From Octopus vulgaris (lineage: Eukaryota), in assembly GCA_951406725.2 (NCBI GenBank), contig OX597825.1, positions 44,268,001 to 44,332,000 of the forward strand: a DNA stretch of 64,000 nucleotides, written 5' to 3'. Made by a program: the position numbers and the translations under genes. Position 1 is the stretch's first letter. Every line of letters starts with the position of its first letter. Shown piece by piece: positions 1 through 14,179 of this stretch. The notes under the pieces are model-generated. The model made no database searches. It was given only the letters and a program-made list of their open reading frames with translations, and was not told the DNA's origin.

Positions 1-244
1 TATATTCATTAAATCTGGTTGAAATTGATGGGTGAGTGTTTGGCGCATTCGGATGCGCAAGGAACCATATTAGCGCTGATTTGTGGATTTGATTCTTGCT
101 GGGGTTAGCTCATCATTTTCGGTCATTTGTTTGTATTTAAAAATTGCCGCTTCAAATCGGAGAATATATATTATCTTACAGTTATTTTACTAAGAACCTT
201 CCATAGCAGCTTTCCCTCCGTAATTTACTAAGCCTTTCTGGTTT

Positions 245-432
<188 letters not shown>

Positions 433-579
433 CCATTTCTATTCATTTTTATAATTTAATATATACTCATGTAACTTGTAAAGTGTTTTCCTCTGCAAAA
501 TTGGGTATTAAACTGTGGAACCAGAGAAAGATTGGATGTTTTCATCCTTATTTTCCCTGGATTATACATAAATATATAT

Positions 580-851
580 TATTTATATTGAGGGCATTAC
601 TATACATAAATGCCATACGCTAGGAGGGACTCTTAAAGTCAAAATCTACCAAAATAAATAAGCACATAGTATCGAATACGAGGGAATGCAACTCCCGAAG
701 CGAGCCCTTTAAAAACAGAATTCGGGCTCGCTTCGAGAGTTGCATTCCCTCATATTCGATACTATGTGCTTATTTATTTTGGTAGATTTTGACTTTAAGA
801 GTCCCTCCTAGCGTGTAGCATTTATGTGTAGTAATGCCCTCAATATAAATA
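580..851. repeat. Fold-back inverted repeat (128-bp arms, 16-nt loop), probably derived from a PLE terminal repeat
   Basis: 580-707 is the reverse complement of 724-851 with 5 transitions. It is followed by an AT-rich tail and (TA)n. Confidence 0.9.
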
Positions 852-1040
852 CATTATATTTAAGAGGAAAATTGATGGAGAATTCTCTTTATGAGGTTTT
901 CACGCTAACTACTTGATAAATTCTTATAAAGATTTTATCCTATTTTTAAATTGTATATATACATATGTATATATATATATATGCATATTTACACACACAC
1001 AAAATATATGTAAGTATATAAGCGTGTGTTGTAAATTTGT

Positions 1041-3530
1041 ATGTATCTCCTCGCTGGAATGACATCACTTGAACAGAGACAGACAGAGTCCTTGTTGGCT
1101 CTCACACGCAAGTCTTTCATGGAGCAAGCAGTGCTTCGGCCAACAAGAGGTGAGAATGTCTTGGACCTCTGTTTCACAAGCAACCCGATGCTCATCCACA
1201 ACATAATGGTAACACCTACAATTCTCTCAGATCACAACTTAGTAGAGGTAATGATATATGGTATGAGAGAGTTAGTTGAGACGCAGCCATTAGAAAATAC
1301 CACAGGCCTATCCAGTCTAAACTTCCATAAGGCAAACTGGAAGAAGATCAACGAAGAGATCCGAAAACATGACTGGAGTGACTTCATCACCACACAAGAC
1401 ACCAACACACATTTCCAACATTTCATGACAACAATACAGAACATATGCCATAGGTTTGTCCCGGAGAAAAAAGCCAGCGGGCATAGGAACGTTATTCCCA
1501 GAGACAGGAAAATACTTATGAGGCGAAGAGCTAAGCTCTCGAAGCAACTGAATGCACGGCAGAGAAACAATGAGGGACTCCACCTGAAGCTTTTTGAAAC
1601 GGAAACTGCACTCAAACTTTCCTATGAGAAGGAGAGGGCAGAGAGAGAAGCCAGGGCCATAGAGAATATTAAAACAAACCCTAAAGCCTTCTTTAAATTT
1701 GCGAAAGAAACCACCTCGGTACACTGCAAGATTGGCCCACTCTTTGATAAAAAGGGCTCTCTAACTGAGGACCCCCAAGGGATAAGTGAAATACTAAAGG
1801 AACAGTATAAAAGTGTGTTCACATCCCCTCTGGGGCACATGCAAATCACAAACCCAGAAGTTTTCTTTGATGCCACAACACTCCAAAACCAAACAACAAC
1901 CATCGACCACATAGACATAACAGAGAGGGATGTAATATCTGCCATAGAAGAAATGAGAATAAACTCAGCTGCTGGACCAGATGGATTCCCAGCAGTCCTC
2001 CTAAAAACATGCAGGCATGCCCTAGCGGGACCACTGAAGAAGCTCTTCAGTGGTTCCTTGGCTAACGGTAAACTGCCCAGGGCGCTAAAAGAAGGCACCA
2101 TATGCCCTATCCACAAAGGAGGGAGTAGAGCAGAGGCCAAAAACTACAGGCCAGTCTCCCTGACGTCACACATAAGTAAGGTCATGGAACGAATCATCAG
2201 AAAAAAACTGATCACGTTCCTCGAAGAAACTAACCGTCTCACTGACACACAGCATGGCTTTCGCCCAGGAAGAAGCTGCCTTACGCAGCTGTTACAACAC
2301 TACGACTGGGTACTGAAACAACTACTGGATCGCTCACAGGTGGATGTGGTATATCTCGACTTTGCGAAGGCCTTTGACAAAGTCGACCACGGAGTGATAT
2401 GTCACAAATTACTCAGACTCGGCATAACAGGAAAAGTAGGTGAGTGGATACATGACTTCCTGAAGGACAGAAGCCAGATGGTTGCAGCCAATGGAGCCCT
2501 CTCGGGAAAGACACCAATAGCAAGCGGGGTGCCACAGGGCACAGTCTTGGGACCCTTGCTGTTTTTGGTGGCGCTCTCTGACATGCCCTTGGTAGCACAA
2601 ACAACATCCCTCACTAGCTATGCTGATGACACAAAGGTAGCACAGGCAATCAAAAACCCAGCTGATGCTGACCTTTTACAACAAGATCTGGATGCCATAT
2701 ACAAATGGGCTGAAGACAACAACATGCAATTTAATGCTGGTAAATTTCAAGCCTTACAATATCAAGCTGTAAACACATATACATTACAACACAACTATAC
2801 TGGTCCAGGAGGGATCGAAATCCCAGTATCGAAATTAATACGGGACCTGGGGATAGACATGAGTGACGATGCATCTTTTTCTTCACACATCGCGAAGATG
2901 GCGACAATGTGCAGACGACTCACTGGCTGGATCCTGAGGACATTCCGGACAAGAGACTGCGAGACCATGTTGACACTATGGAGGACATTTGTCCTAAGCC
3001 GCCTGGACTACTGCTCCCAACTGTGGTCACCGCATAGTGTCAAACTAACCACAGAGCTTGAGACAATCCAAAGACATTTCACCAAGAGGATTTCCACCAT
3101 GAAAGAAAAGAACTATTGGGAGAGGCTTAGGGAACTCAATTTGTACTCCTTGGAACGAAGACGAGAGAGATATGCAGTGATATACATATGGAAAATCCTG
3201 GAGGGACTAGCACCAAATTTTGGAATTGAGAGCTGTTCCAATCCCCGTACAGGACGTCACTGTGTGGTGCCAAAGGTCCCGTCTTCCACATCCAGGGTAA
3301 GGAGCAGATACTGTAATAGCCTGGGGTTCAGGGGCCCTCAGCTGTTCAACAAACTGCCAAGAAAACTAAGAGATCTACATGATGCGGATGTGGACACTTT
3401 CAAAAAACATCTAGACAAGCTGCTTTCCGGGATCCCAGATGAACCCACTGCAAGGTACGAAGGTAACCTAAGGGCAGCAGCTACAAACTCTCTCTTAGAT
3501 CAGTGGCCAGCCACGGCAAACTGGACTTAG
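1041..3530 (+). CDS. CR1-clade LINE ORF2, 5'-truncated (APE C-terminus plus complete RT), uninterrupted 829 aa
   Basis: Motifs PTRGENVLDLCFT, SDHNLV, AAGPDGF, NYRPVSLTS, QHGFRPGRSC, YLDFAKAFDKVDH, GVPQGTVLGP, YADD, LDYCSQLWSP, LYSLERRRER. Confidence 0.95.
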   Translation: MYLLAGMTSLEQRQTESLLALTRKSFMEQAVLRPTRGENVLDLCFTSNPMLIHNIMVTPTILSDHNLVEVMIYGMRELVETQPLENTTGLSSLNFHKANWKKINEEIRKHDWSDFITTQDTNTHFQHFMTTIQNICHRFVPEKKASGHRNVIPRDRKILMRRRAKLSKQLNARQRNNEGLHLKLFETETALKLSYEKERAEREARAIENIKTNPKAFFKFAKETTSVHCKIGPLFDKKGSLTEDPQGISEILKEQYKSVFTSPLGHMQITNPEVFFDATTLQNQTTTIDHIDITERDVISAIEEMRINSAAGPDGFPAVLLKTCRHALAGPLKKLFSGSLANGKLPRALKEGTICPIHKGGSRAEAKNYRPVSLTSHISKVMERIIRKKLITFLEETNRLTDTQHGFRPGRSCLTQLLQHYDWVLKQLLDRSQVDVVYLDFAKAFDKVDHGVICHKLLRLGITGKVGEWIHDFLKDRSQMVAANGALSGKTPIASGVPQGTVLGPLLFLVALSDMPLVAQTTSLTSYADDTKVAQAIKNPADADLLQQDLDAIYKWAEDNNMQFNAGKFQALQYQAVNTYTLQHNYTGPGGIEIPVSKLIRDLGIDMSDDASFSSHIAKMATMCRRLTGWILRTFRTRDCETMLTLWRTFVLSRLDYCSQLWSPHSVKLTTELETIQRHFTKRISTMKEKNYWERLRELNLYSLERRRERYAVIYIWKILEGLAPNFGIESCSNPRTGRHCVVPKVPSSTSRVRSRYCNSLGFRGPQLFNKLPRKLRDLHDADVDTFKKHLDKLLSGIPDEPTARYEGNLRAAATNSLLDQWPATANWT

Positions 3531-3600
3531 AGAGGGTAGCAACAAGGGCGGTGCCCCAGCATGGCCTCAGCCGGATGGCTGAAACAAGTAAAAGAGTAAA
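1050..3600 (+). mobile_element. CR1-clade LINE including short 3' UTR and tail
   Basis: The ORF above, followed by the 3' end ggcggtgccccagcatggcctcagccggatggctgaaacaagtaaaagagtaaa. Confidence 0.92.
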
Positions 3601-3785
3601 TATCAGTGTGCATGCGAAGCTATAGACGATGTGTTCGGGCACATGTCCCTGTATGTGTGTGTGTAAAGGCATGTGTATATTTGTGTTTTTACACTAAGTC
3701 CTTTGCTACTCTAAAAATATTCACGTACCACTTCCCGCTGTTTATTGCATCCTCATCGACAAAATTTACATTTCTTTTCATATAT

Positions 3786-3850
<65 letters not shown>

Positions 3851-4598
3851 TGTGTGCGTGCGCGCGCTGTTCTAAAATATTGGGTAAATACCGACCACCT
3901 TAACGTACATTTCACAAACACAGATACTGAGCGTAGTTTAGACAATCACATCAGTCCATTAGTTTAGTCTGGCACTTATTTTATTGAATTATATTTGTTG
4001 AGTCGCGAAATTAGGCTTTTTGCACTGCAACGGCTAAGCATGAAATTAGATTGGTGTATAGGTAAGCACATACAAAGATAAATACACACGCTTATATGTT
4101 GCATTACAAAATACCTATCACAGTATAGTATTCAACTCATGGTTATACGAAAAAAAAAAGTTTATACGAAGTGACACTTGCTCAAGGAACTGTGCAATGG
4201 AATCGGAACCACGTGGTTTTTAAATAAACTGATGTGTATACATCGGTTTATATGTTACGTTCAGCAACGATACCAAGACCGACTTTTGATCATCAATCAT
4301 ACATGTTTAAACTGCTAGTTAAGAGAAAACAGAAACAAAACACATTAACCGAGCTAAGATATTGTTATTTCAAAAAAGATTTTGTGTATGGGTGTGTTTA
4401 AAATATTACAGCTACATTGCTCAACGGTTTCAAGATTTAAAACGGAAGAAAAAAAATACAGGTAAGTTCTCAGTGCTTGACTACATTTACCTTATCGACA
4501 TCGAAAGGATGAAAAGGTAAAGTGTATTGCGATAATAAATATTTCACAAATATAACAAAAATATTTGTGCACCATGTTTACTAAAATGTTCCTTAGAT

Positions 4599-4976
4599 GA
4601 TGGATGGAAGCACTCCGTCGGTTACGACGATGAGGGTTCCGGTTGATCCGAATCAACGGAACAGCCTGCTCGTAAAATTAACGTGTAAGTGGCTGAGCAC
4701 TCCACAGACACGTATACCCTTAACGTAGTTCTCGGGACACAGAGAGTGACAAGGCCGGCCCTTTGAAATACAGGTACAACAGAAACAGGAAGTAAGAGTG
4801 AGAGAAAGTTGTGGTGAAAGAGTACAGCAGGGATCACCACCATCCCCCGCCGGAGCCTCGTGGAGCTTTAAGTGTTTTCGCTCAATAAACACTCACAACG
4901 CCCGGTCTGGGAATCGAAACCGCGATCCTATGACCGCGAGTCCGCTGCCCTAACCACTGGGCCATTGCGCCTCCAC
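4599..4976 (-). mobile_element. tRNA-derived SINE (family B), full length with TSD
   Basis: Minus-strand A box tggcccagtgg and B box ggtttcgattccc. 11-bp TSD gttccttagat at 4588-4598 and 4977-4987. Confidence 0.9.
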
Positions 4977-5979
4977 GTTCCTTAGATATGAATGTATTGT
5001 ATTGTATTACATAAAATCTGTATTTCTTTCTATTTTGGAAATAAAATTCAAAATTCAGCGTGTAGACTATGCTATCAGTACAATAAGGATCATTTCTGGT
5101 TGCTCCGTTCTTGTAAGTTCCGAGTAAATTTACTGATGCAATTACGTCAACATATAATTCTTAAAAGCGAGATGTGAATTAGCATTATAAAATTCAAGAC
5201 AGAAAATTATAATATGGAGTAATAGGTAAAAATATCAAGGTTTTACAATACTCACAAGTCTACAAACTGTCCCGAAATACACGCCCAGTCACGTACAACT
5301 CAGAAAATAAATTCTTCACACAACTCACAAACACTACAAAATTTATTTTACTAAATTTCACGGAACTAACATGTTGAACAAACTGTAAAGTAGGAAAATA
5401 ACATATAAGACTATTTGATAAAAATTCACTAAAAAGGAATAGTTAAGTTCGTAGCGGAGTGTTGTTGTCATGCGAATCTCATCATGAGATTTATGACACG
5501 TTGATTGACCAGAGTTGATCCACTGCTTTGTTGTTTCGCTATTTAAGATTCTGGCATGCAGTGAGATATGTTATTCTTATACTAATTCTGCAGGCTATTT
5601 CTGCACACCTGGGATTTATGCACGGTTTTAGATTGCTGTCTTAACAGAAGTAGTTATAACTTTATTTTAGTTGATGCTATTTAGCTGCATCTCAGCTATC
5701 ACCAATCAGAATTATAGTGAACGGTACTCTAACCTTGACTATCCAGTATTTTATTCAGAGACAGAATATCTCAGACTATGTGCTCTTAAAAAGACTACAG
5801 AGTGGGATTTGGAGTAAATAAGCTACTGTTTCTAGCATGTCACATGATTGCATAAGGGATTGTTGTTTATGATCTTTATACGGATGATTGTACCATAGCA
5901 ACAAAACAAGAGGAACAGTAACTTATAAATGAAAATAGTTTTAAACTAATTTTTTGCTACATTTGTAGACATTATCTTT

Positions 5980-6337
5980 TCTTTTTTTACTTGTTTCCGT
6001 TATCTTGACTGCGACCATGCTGAAGCACTGCCTTTAGTAGAACAAATCGACCCCAGGACTTATTCTTTGTAAGCCTAGTACTTATTCTGTCGGTCTCTTT
6101 TGCCGAACCGATAAGTTACGGGGACGTAAACACACCAATATCGGTTGTCAAGAGATGGTGGGGGATAAACACACACACACACATATACATTTCAATTTCC
6201 GTCTACCAAATCCACTCATAAGGCTTTGGTCAGCTTGAGGCTATAGTAGATGACACTTGCCCAAGGTGCCACACATTGGGACTGAACCTGGAACCATGTG
6301 GTTGGTAAGCAAAATTATTACCACACAGCCACGCCTC
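5980..6337 (-). mobile_element. tRNA-derived SINE (family C) with CORE-like segment and CR1-type tail
   Basis: Head ggcgtggctgtgtggtaa...ggttcagtccc, then ccttgggcaagtgtc, an internal (GT)n, and a tail ggcagtgcttcagcatgg...gaaacaagtaaaa. Confidence 0.88.
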
Positions 6338-6530
6338 TGTGTGTGGGTGTGTGTATGCGTGTGTGCGTGCATGTACATACATAAATCAATTTCGTCTTTC
6401 AATTAGTAGCTTGGTATTTCTGACCTGTATTGACATACATTTTCAGTTACGCTTTGTTAGAGAAAAACAAAAAAAAGACCGTTTAGCACACAATATAACG
6501 CTTGTTTTATTAATTATTTCTTTAAATATA

Positions 6531-6593
<63 letters not shown>

Positions 6594-9500
6594 GTGTGCG
6601 TGTGTTGTTCTTTTCGGATTTGTTCACTTAGAATACTATAATTATTGTACAAGTATGTATATAAACATATACTGAAAGATAAAGATTCCTTTCCTCGTAA
6701 CTACAACACATAAAAAGAAAAATATTCACTTTATTACACACCCAGTACAAATTTATCCAGAATACATATTTCGCACATGAACACACGAACACCAATTTTC
6801 TAATTATTTCAAATCCCAAAAGATAATGTAGCGAAAGAAAAATCATTTTTAGAAGACTAATTTTCTCAAAATATACCGTATGAAACACTTTATCGCATTT
6901 CCCAGCAGAAATATGAGATATAACAACATTTATAGCAAGCGCTACAATTCAGATTACATCGCCGACACAAATTCTTATTAGAAATACCTCCTTCATTCCA
7001 AGGTCTAGAGCTCTTGCTTTCTTGAATCCTCATCTCCTGACTGAGTCGTAGGAGTATCGTCATGGCAAACTCATCTTGACAAACCAATTTAGGAGGAAAC
7101 TAACACTTAAGATGTAATGATTGACATTATATAGTGCAAATAATCAATCATTGCCCATTAATGCAGTGTTTCTCATATGGGGGCCTGTGAGGAAAGAAAA
7201 GAGTTAAACATTTTGCCACATTTACTAAAATTAAGATGGTCTCAAACGTTTTTAATATTTTCCAACACTTGATAAAGAAAAAGTAATTTTGTAGGTGCAA
7301 ACTCTACCTTATCTTCTCATTAATAAAGTATAGGTAAGGATAAAAATTGCACATATAGGACTTTTGAGATCTCCTTGACTAGAAGACCATAACTTACATT
7401 AACCATAGCAGAAGTTAGCAGTTATTATAATTCTATGTAATGATTATTGCATAATGATTGAACGAGTGCTAACGTACTTAATGCACCCAAAATTTGACTA
7501 ATTAAAATCAGAATTACGTATGCTATGAGAAGATGGAAATATAAACCCAAATACATATATTTATTTAATCTAATGGCTCGTGGCATCGCTGGACATGTAT
7601 AAAAAGAAATAATCAATAAAATGTTATATTATGTGTAAGATTTGTAGTACTTTCTAGACTGAGTGGATGTGAAGTATTCTTATGGTTATAGAAAAAATAT
7701 ACATGAGCTATTTTGAGAATTTAGTATAATCAGTAAGGAAAATTATCAACTACAGGAAATAATCATTGATAAGATAACATGAGCAAAAACAAAAGTACAT
7801 TAAATTAATTGAAATTACTGTTGCTAGGAGGGGAAGTAAACATAGCCATACTGATTATTATTAACCTCACCTAGTAAAGAGGCGATAAGATTGAAATTTT
7901 AATTCATTAACATTAAAATTACACAAACAGTGAAAACAAGAAAGTATTTGCTAGGAGTGGGTTTAATATTGGTTAAATCTAAAATTTGGCAAATACGGTG
8001 TCAAGTGCAGACATGTTGCGTCCTGAAGTCGACTCTATGAAGCGTAGATTTCAACCACTGTTTGCCAAGTCCAGATTAAGTGGCTCAGCATTCAGTCAGT
8101 AGTGCTTCGTGCAGATGATTTAAAGTAAATTCCTACAGTTATTTTATTATTATACTAGTTCATGTACATTTCTTGTACGTCTATTATACTAATCCTATAT
8201 CGCAAGTTCTAGCAAGCAATAGGTTTAACCGAAACTTACTCCAAATTGCCATCGTAACTGCGAAAGTTCATTTTAAAATGATAATAATCCAGTATCTAAT
8301 GTTTTCATTTCCTCAACTACAAGGGTGATTCCAATATTAATAAGGAATTCCAAATTTGTGGCTCGTTGAGCTTGACCGAAAGTTATCAGCATTAGAGAAG
8401 GAACCAATATTTTTTCTACCGTAAGTGAAATTCTTTTGCTTGCAACATTAAGTTAGCACTCACTCTACTGTTGTGTATGTTGACAATTTTAAAGATAATC
8501 TTTAACAATGGTTTTATTTGAATTCCCTACTGGTCGATAAAGTCGATAAATCAATGTAACTGTAATAAGCTATATCCACAGTTATAAATAGTGCATATGA
8601 TATGAGGCTACCGTTTGACAAATAATACACAGAAAAGATGAATAAACTCAAATAAACTTGATGAATTAATGTTACCGAGATACGAGATGAATGCTTTATT
8701 CTGCAAGTTTGTTGTGCGCGCGCGTGTGCGTGTGTTTATACATATGAAAGCAGATATGTATATAGAGATATATGTATATATGTGGGCGTATGCGTATGAT
8801 ATGTACGCATGTCTGTACCGTGTGGGAGGAAACTATGCGTACATGCAAATGTGCTTTACCCCGTTGATAGCAACTGACGGTTTTGAGAAGCCTGTCTGAT
8901 GAGTTCGTATGTAAGCTGGGCTGCAGTTGTACCAGTCGAAGGTATAATCGTTAAACTGTTCTCTACTTTTTATAGCGGTATGTAGGTTGCCAGCAAAAAT
9001 TGTAGATGGGTCGAGGTTTCATGGTTAGTCTGCTGGTCTCCTTTAGCAGATGTACTGTTTATCGATACTATCTAGAAATAGGTATGACAGTTGGCACTAA
9101 CTTATTCGGTGTTTGGGCAAAATCAATTTGTAGACCTCCGTTCAAGTTAATGGGTTGCCAAGAATATAACAAAATGTGATATTCAGTACATGATTGTAGC
9201 AGATGCCAATGAAATAATATTTGCTCTTATCATCACATAATGCTAAATATTGACAACGTGAATTTTAGTTAGAATAGAGATATGCAGTAGCCATTTGTGA
9301 TATATCTGAAACCTCACCAAGGTATTTATATATTTGTTTATTCGGCATATCGGTATAATAAAGCTAATCGCTAAATGCACATGTATGTATGTATATATGT
9401 ATGTATATATGTATGAATGGATGGATGGACGGATGGATGGATGTAAATGTCTGTGATTGTGTGTGCGTATGTGCTCGATACACAAACCATGAATCACGAA

Positions 9501-10162
9501 ACTATTATCTTTATATTACAGAAATTTCAATAAATGTTATATATAATAATACACTACATGTTACTCTATACAGAAAGGAAAAGAATAACCACATCCACAT
9601 TTATCCCTTTAATAATACCCTCTTACCGAAATAAGAGCATTTAAAAAAGAAATAATGAATGAACAAAAGCAAATACATAAATAAAATGTATTTACATCCT
9701 TTAAATCACTACCATTTATATTGACAGACTTTTATAATCTAGCATTTTATATGTTTTTGTGACGGAATCCTTGAACACACAGCCTTTTATTAGGTGGTCT
9801 TTTATAAAATTGGTCTCATTAGATAAGCTAGTCTATTAGTTTCAAAGACAGATACCGTATCAAAAGATGGATTTTGCGGCAAAATTGCTAGTTTTAGTGA
9901 TTTTTTCCTTCTCTTTAGAAAGCATAGGTGAAAACAGATATTTTTATGTTAACATCAAAAAGAGTATGTGTGTATGTATGTTGTCTTTGAGTTGTTTGTG
10001 TCTACTCATAAATGTCCACAAGTTAGTAATTATGTGAATATCTGTTTGTTTTCTTGTGCACTTATGTAAGTCGAGGTCTGTGTTTGTATTCGTAAGTACA
10101 CATACATACACATATATGCGTACATATACACATGTCTTCTTATATAAATGATGTATACACAC

Positions 10163-10251
<89 letters not shown>

Positions 10252-11699
10252 AGTACAGTCATGCACATATAAGTTTGCCCATTAATGTATGTAAATGTTC
10301 GTGCTAGCACGTATAAATAGGTGTATGTGTATTTGAGAATAGGTGGGCGAGAACTTGTGTGCATTTACATATTCAGGCATATGCATAACTGTATATTATT
10401 TTTTTGTGTTTACATGGATATGTATGTGTGCATACGTTATATTTGTGTTTGTATGTGTACTTCTTTATCAGAAAAATGAATTACAGTCGAATTATCGTGA
10501 AGTCTACATTCTTCATCTAATATTTCGGTGCTTTTATATTTTGCTTTATAATTTTATTGAAATAATGTATTGCAAATATTTATCAGACCATAAATCGTCA
10601 TATTTTGCAGCAAACTAGGGATTATAATCGCTTGCATTTTGTCTTTCCTCTTTTATATTGCTTCTAGGTATGATTCTAGTTGTTAGAGACCATAGCTATG
10701 TAGATAATCTAGGGATACATGATACTGTATCGGGAATAGAATTCAGCTATATCATAACTGGAGTATTCTATATACTTTCTATTGTTAGCACTGTAATTGC
10801 TTATCTTTATGAAGAGAGTAAATCCATCTTATGAATTTCATTCTCCGACTCTATGTTCGAAAAATAGCCTGGGAAAATTGTACAAATAGGCTCCAGTTTG
10901 GCTTAAAAAAAGTTAATTATATTTTGATGTTAATATGGTATTAATGTTACATATTTTGCTGCTGTGATGGAAAAAAGTATAATATTGCTGAGAAATAATG
11001 TAACTGTCAGTTATGTTATGATGTTAAGCAAGTGAGAGGCAATTTTTCCAGGAGAAGCTGCTAGTCCATGACAGGTAAATGTTTAGACGTCCTCATATTT
11101 ATTTTGACATCTAGATAAATAATTACACCCAAGACAAGACATACCTAAATGAATATTGATTTCTAAACCTACATCCTTATAGTCTTCTCACACCTACTAT
11201 AAAAATAATGACCCTATATAAATACGGCGTAGCAAACGAATATGCATACAAAGATAATGTAATATAAAATGACTTCCTATTGTTGTCGCTCGATTGTTGC
11301 TGATGACTGTTTTCTCGAACAGTGCATGAAATTGATTGTCAAATACAATCAAGGCAAGCAAAATGTATTTTAGCAACATATTGTAGCATTTTAGGAAGAA
11401 GTTATCGTACAACACCATAGAAAAAATAACTCAAGAAGTTTCAAGGGAATCTCCCTGTATATTGTAAGAGTCGTATTTCTCTGTTCGTTCGTCACATGCT
11501 GAGAACAAGATTATTTTCAATATCTGTTTTTTATCTGTTAGTCATGAGCGAAAGCACTGTGCATAACACCACCTCATGACACCCAAAATGTGAGGTAATA
11601 GTGTTAAGTCTATCACTCAAGTAGGCCCTGGTAGGATTTGAACTCAGAAAGGAAAAAAGACAGAGCAACACAGGTAAAACTTTCCGATCTAGCGAGAAT

Positions 11700-13750
11700 A
11701 AATTTTAGAATAAAATTTTGTGCATCGTCGTCAAGCATACAGCGATATTTTCAAGAACAAAGACAAAAACTAATAGTTCAGAACAGGATTAATCATCAAA
11801 GGAAACAAGAAAGGGTGCAGTATGTTAGAAGACAGCATGCCATTGACACATTTCTAGAAAGTAACTGTCAATACCTGTAGTTTAATGAACGTACGATATC
11901 GTCATTGCCACACGCTAATGTTCATGAACAAAGCATACTGGATAAATATTGGCCTATTTTGATTTTGATGCGTGCTTTAAATCTGGTCTAATCTCTATTC
12001 AATAAGTATCAGATTTACCTGATGTACTACTTCAACTCCTTTATTCACAACAAATAAAATATGTTAGAAGAAACATTCAAAATCCAGAAATACTTTGGTC
12101 ATATGTGACACGAAAGCAAACGCTCTTACAGTTTCTCGAAGCCTTTCCATGAACTGAATTCACTGAGTTGTTTACAGAATTTTTGAAGCAACTAGAAATT
12201 CTGCTACTGGTGCGACATCCAGTTTGCAAACCTTCGTATGTAAAGAATGGCTGCGGATAGTGGAAGAACAAATTTCGATGCTATTATCTTTTGTACGCTT
12301 TATTCTACTGTAGTTTCGGTTAACACTTTTTTGTACCAGCATTAATATGTTCAAAAACATTCATGCGGACACAATACCAGAAAATATTTCTATTGGATTA
12401 TATACAAAAACTTGATGACAGACTCTCCAGAATGTATATTCTGCCTACATGCAATGAGGTAATGACGAGAAAACTCATCAAACTAGTAAAGGATTGGTAA
12501 GTTCTCAGCTGAGAACAACTCGCCTAATCTTCAACTATTTATCAACTTTCATCTAGTCTGTGATACCATAATGTATCCATGCATTTTTAAAATTCATAAT
12601 GACTTTGATTGATGGCATTTAAATCAAAGAAGCATTGATATATCTTTAAATTTATTCTCTTCTGATGATAAAGAAAGTTGAACCCGATAATATATCGTCT
12701 CACAATACAGTCTTTCAATACTTTTCTGCATATCAATGTACCAAACTTCAGTTTGTCTGATTGTAGCATAATCGAAACAATCAACAAACAGCAGACTCTA
12801 CGTGCTGACCTGTGTTAAGGTCTAACAGATGCAGTTACTTCAGGCAACGATAATTGGACTGGAAGACGGTACATTCTCTCAAAACTGTTTACAGATAGTA
12901 CTAAGACATGGCAAAATACTACAAAGATGCAAAGACTATCGTTGAGGAATTTAGAAGATTAACATTAAATTCAATCCAGACCGGAAAGAAATTACTAGAG
13001 AAATCAATATAAATGAAAGCACCGTAGATCGTCCTGATATAACCGCAAGAGTTTTCAAACTGAAGCAGCAGCAACTTCTACAAGATTTCAGATCTAACAT
13101 TTAGGAAAATTTTATGGCCCATGCGAGCTTAAGTGAATTTGTCATTTTAAAGATAGAAAACAACCACAATACAAGGTAATAATCAACAAATTGTCTCTGC
13201 TCGTCACTCAATTAATATAATTCAAACACAAAGGAAGTAAATCACTTGGCGTTTCTACGTTTGTTGATAAAAACATTTATACACAGCTGGTTTTCATGAT
13301 TTGGTAGCGAAGTACATGATATCTGTACCATGTGGTGAACAGAATGTAACTTCACTTCGTTGGTTCACGGTCTCTGTCGTACCTTTAGCAGTAATTCACT
13401 TTGCATGGAAGACATCAAATAATCAAACTGTTCCCAAGTAGTGCAATAAAGTTACTTAATTCCAGTTAGGATGATACAACCGTCGCAGTCAGGCCTTGTT
13501 TTCGTCTTTTCCGTGCATGAAGATACACCAATATTCAAAGCTTCTTATCTACTTGAAAAATAGCCAACGACGGCTTTACTTCACTCAGCTGTTGCATAGC
13601 ACGCATAAAGCCCAAGGGACGTAACGCCTTTCCCCAGCAGTTCTAGTATGATCATTTTGAAAACACATATTGGTATATCATTATGTTCAGGTCTACTGGA
13701 CATGGAACAACAAACAGTTGAGACGAAGAAAGAAAGATTAAAGAGCAATA
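11700..13750 (+). pseudogene. Decayed Helitron Rep/Hel gene relic
   Basis: Hand translation gives QTLRADLC*GLTDAV, NPDRKEITREININESTVDRPDITARVFKLKQQQLLQD (12973-13090) and VAKYMISVPCGEQN, matching the Helitron Rep motifs DRPDxxARVF and MIHGPCG. Confidence 0.8.
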
Positions 13751-14179
13751 CAATGCAAGATTTGACAGTATCATTACAAGTATACTACACAACTCTGTAA
13801 ACATGAATGCTTCATTCTACCCCAATAGTTCCCAAAGTGGGCAGTGTCGCTCCTTGGGGTAAAAGAGAGATCCGGCATAGAAGAAAATTGGGCGGCAAAA
13901 GAAAGGAAGAGCTGGATGGCAATGCTCCCTTTTATATTTCAATGGTGCACTCTCAGGTTTAGTAAACAGTGCTTAAAAATTGGCCTGTAGAAAGTTTATT
14001 GAAGCTAGCTTTCTTCTCAAAACAAGAACTAAGAAAAAATAGATAAAAACAAAGCAGAAAAGTTTACTGATGAAGCTGGCTATAAAATACCCCAAATTCC
14101 CGAAAAAGACGGAAGGGATGATGCTGAAAACAACAATAATGACAAGAACAGCAGCCATGACAAACTGAATAGAATATAA

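Noticed and set aside
580-950. Hammerhead in the first fold-back
   Set aside because: No CUGANGA plus GAAA with supporting stems on either strand.
1232-2614. Minus-strand ORFs over the CR1, and plus-strand ORFs over the RTE at 49.3-52.3 kb
   Set aside because: Antisense shadows of LINE coding sequence with no recognisable domains.
4900-4976. tRNA gene
   Set aside because: It is the head of a TSD-flanked SINE, and I could not form a proper acceptor stem.
8896-8945. CTGATGA as a hammerhead core
   Set aside because: No stem II followed by GAAA downstream.
11044-11080. Possible micro-exon ttttccag|23 nt|gtaaat
   Set aside because: Such signals arise by chance; there is no partner exon or expression evidence.
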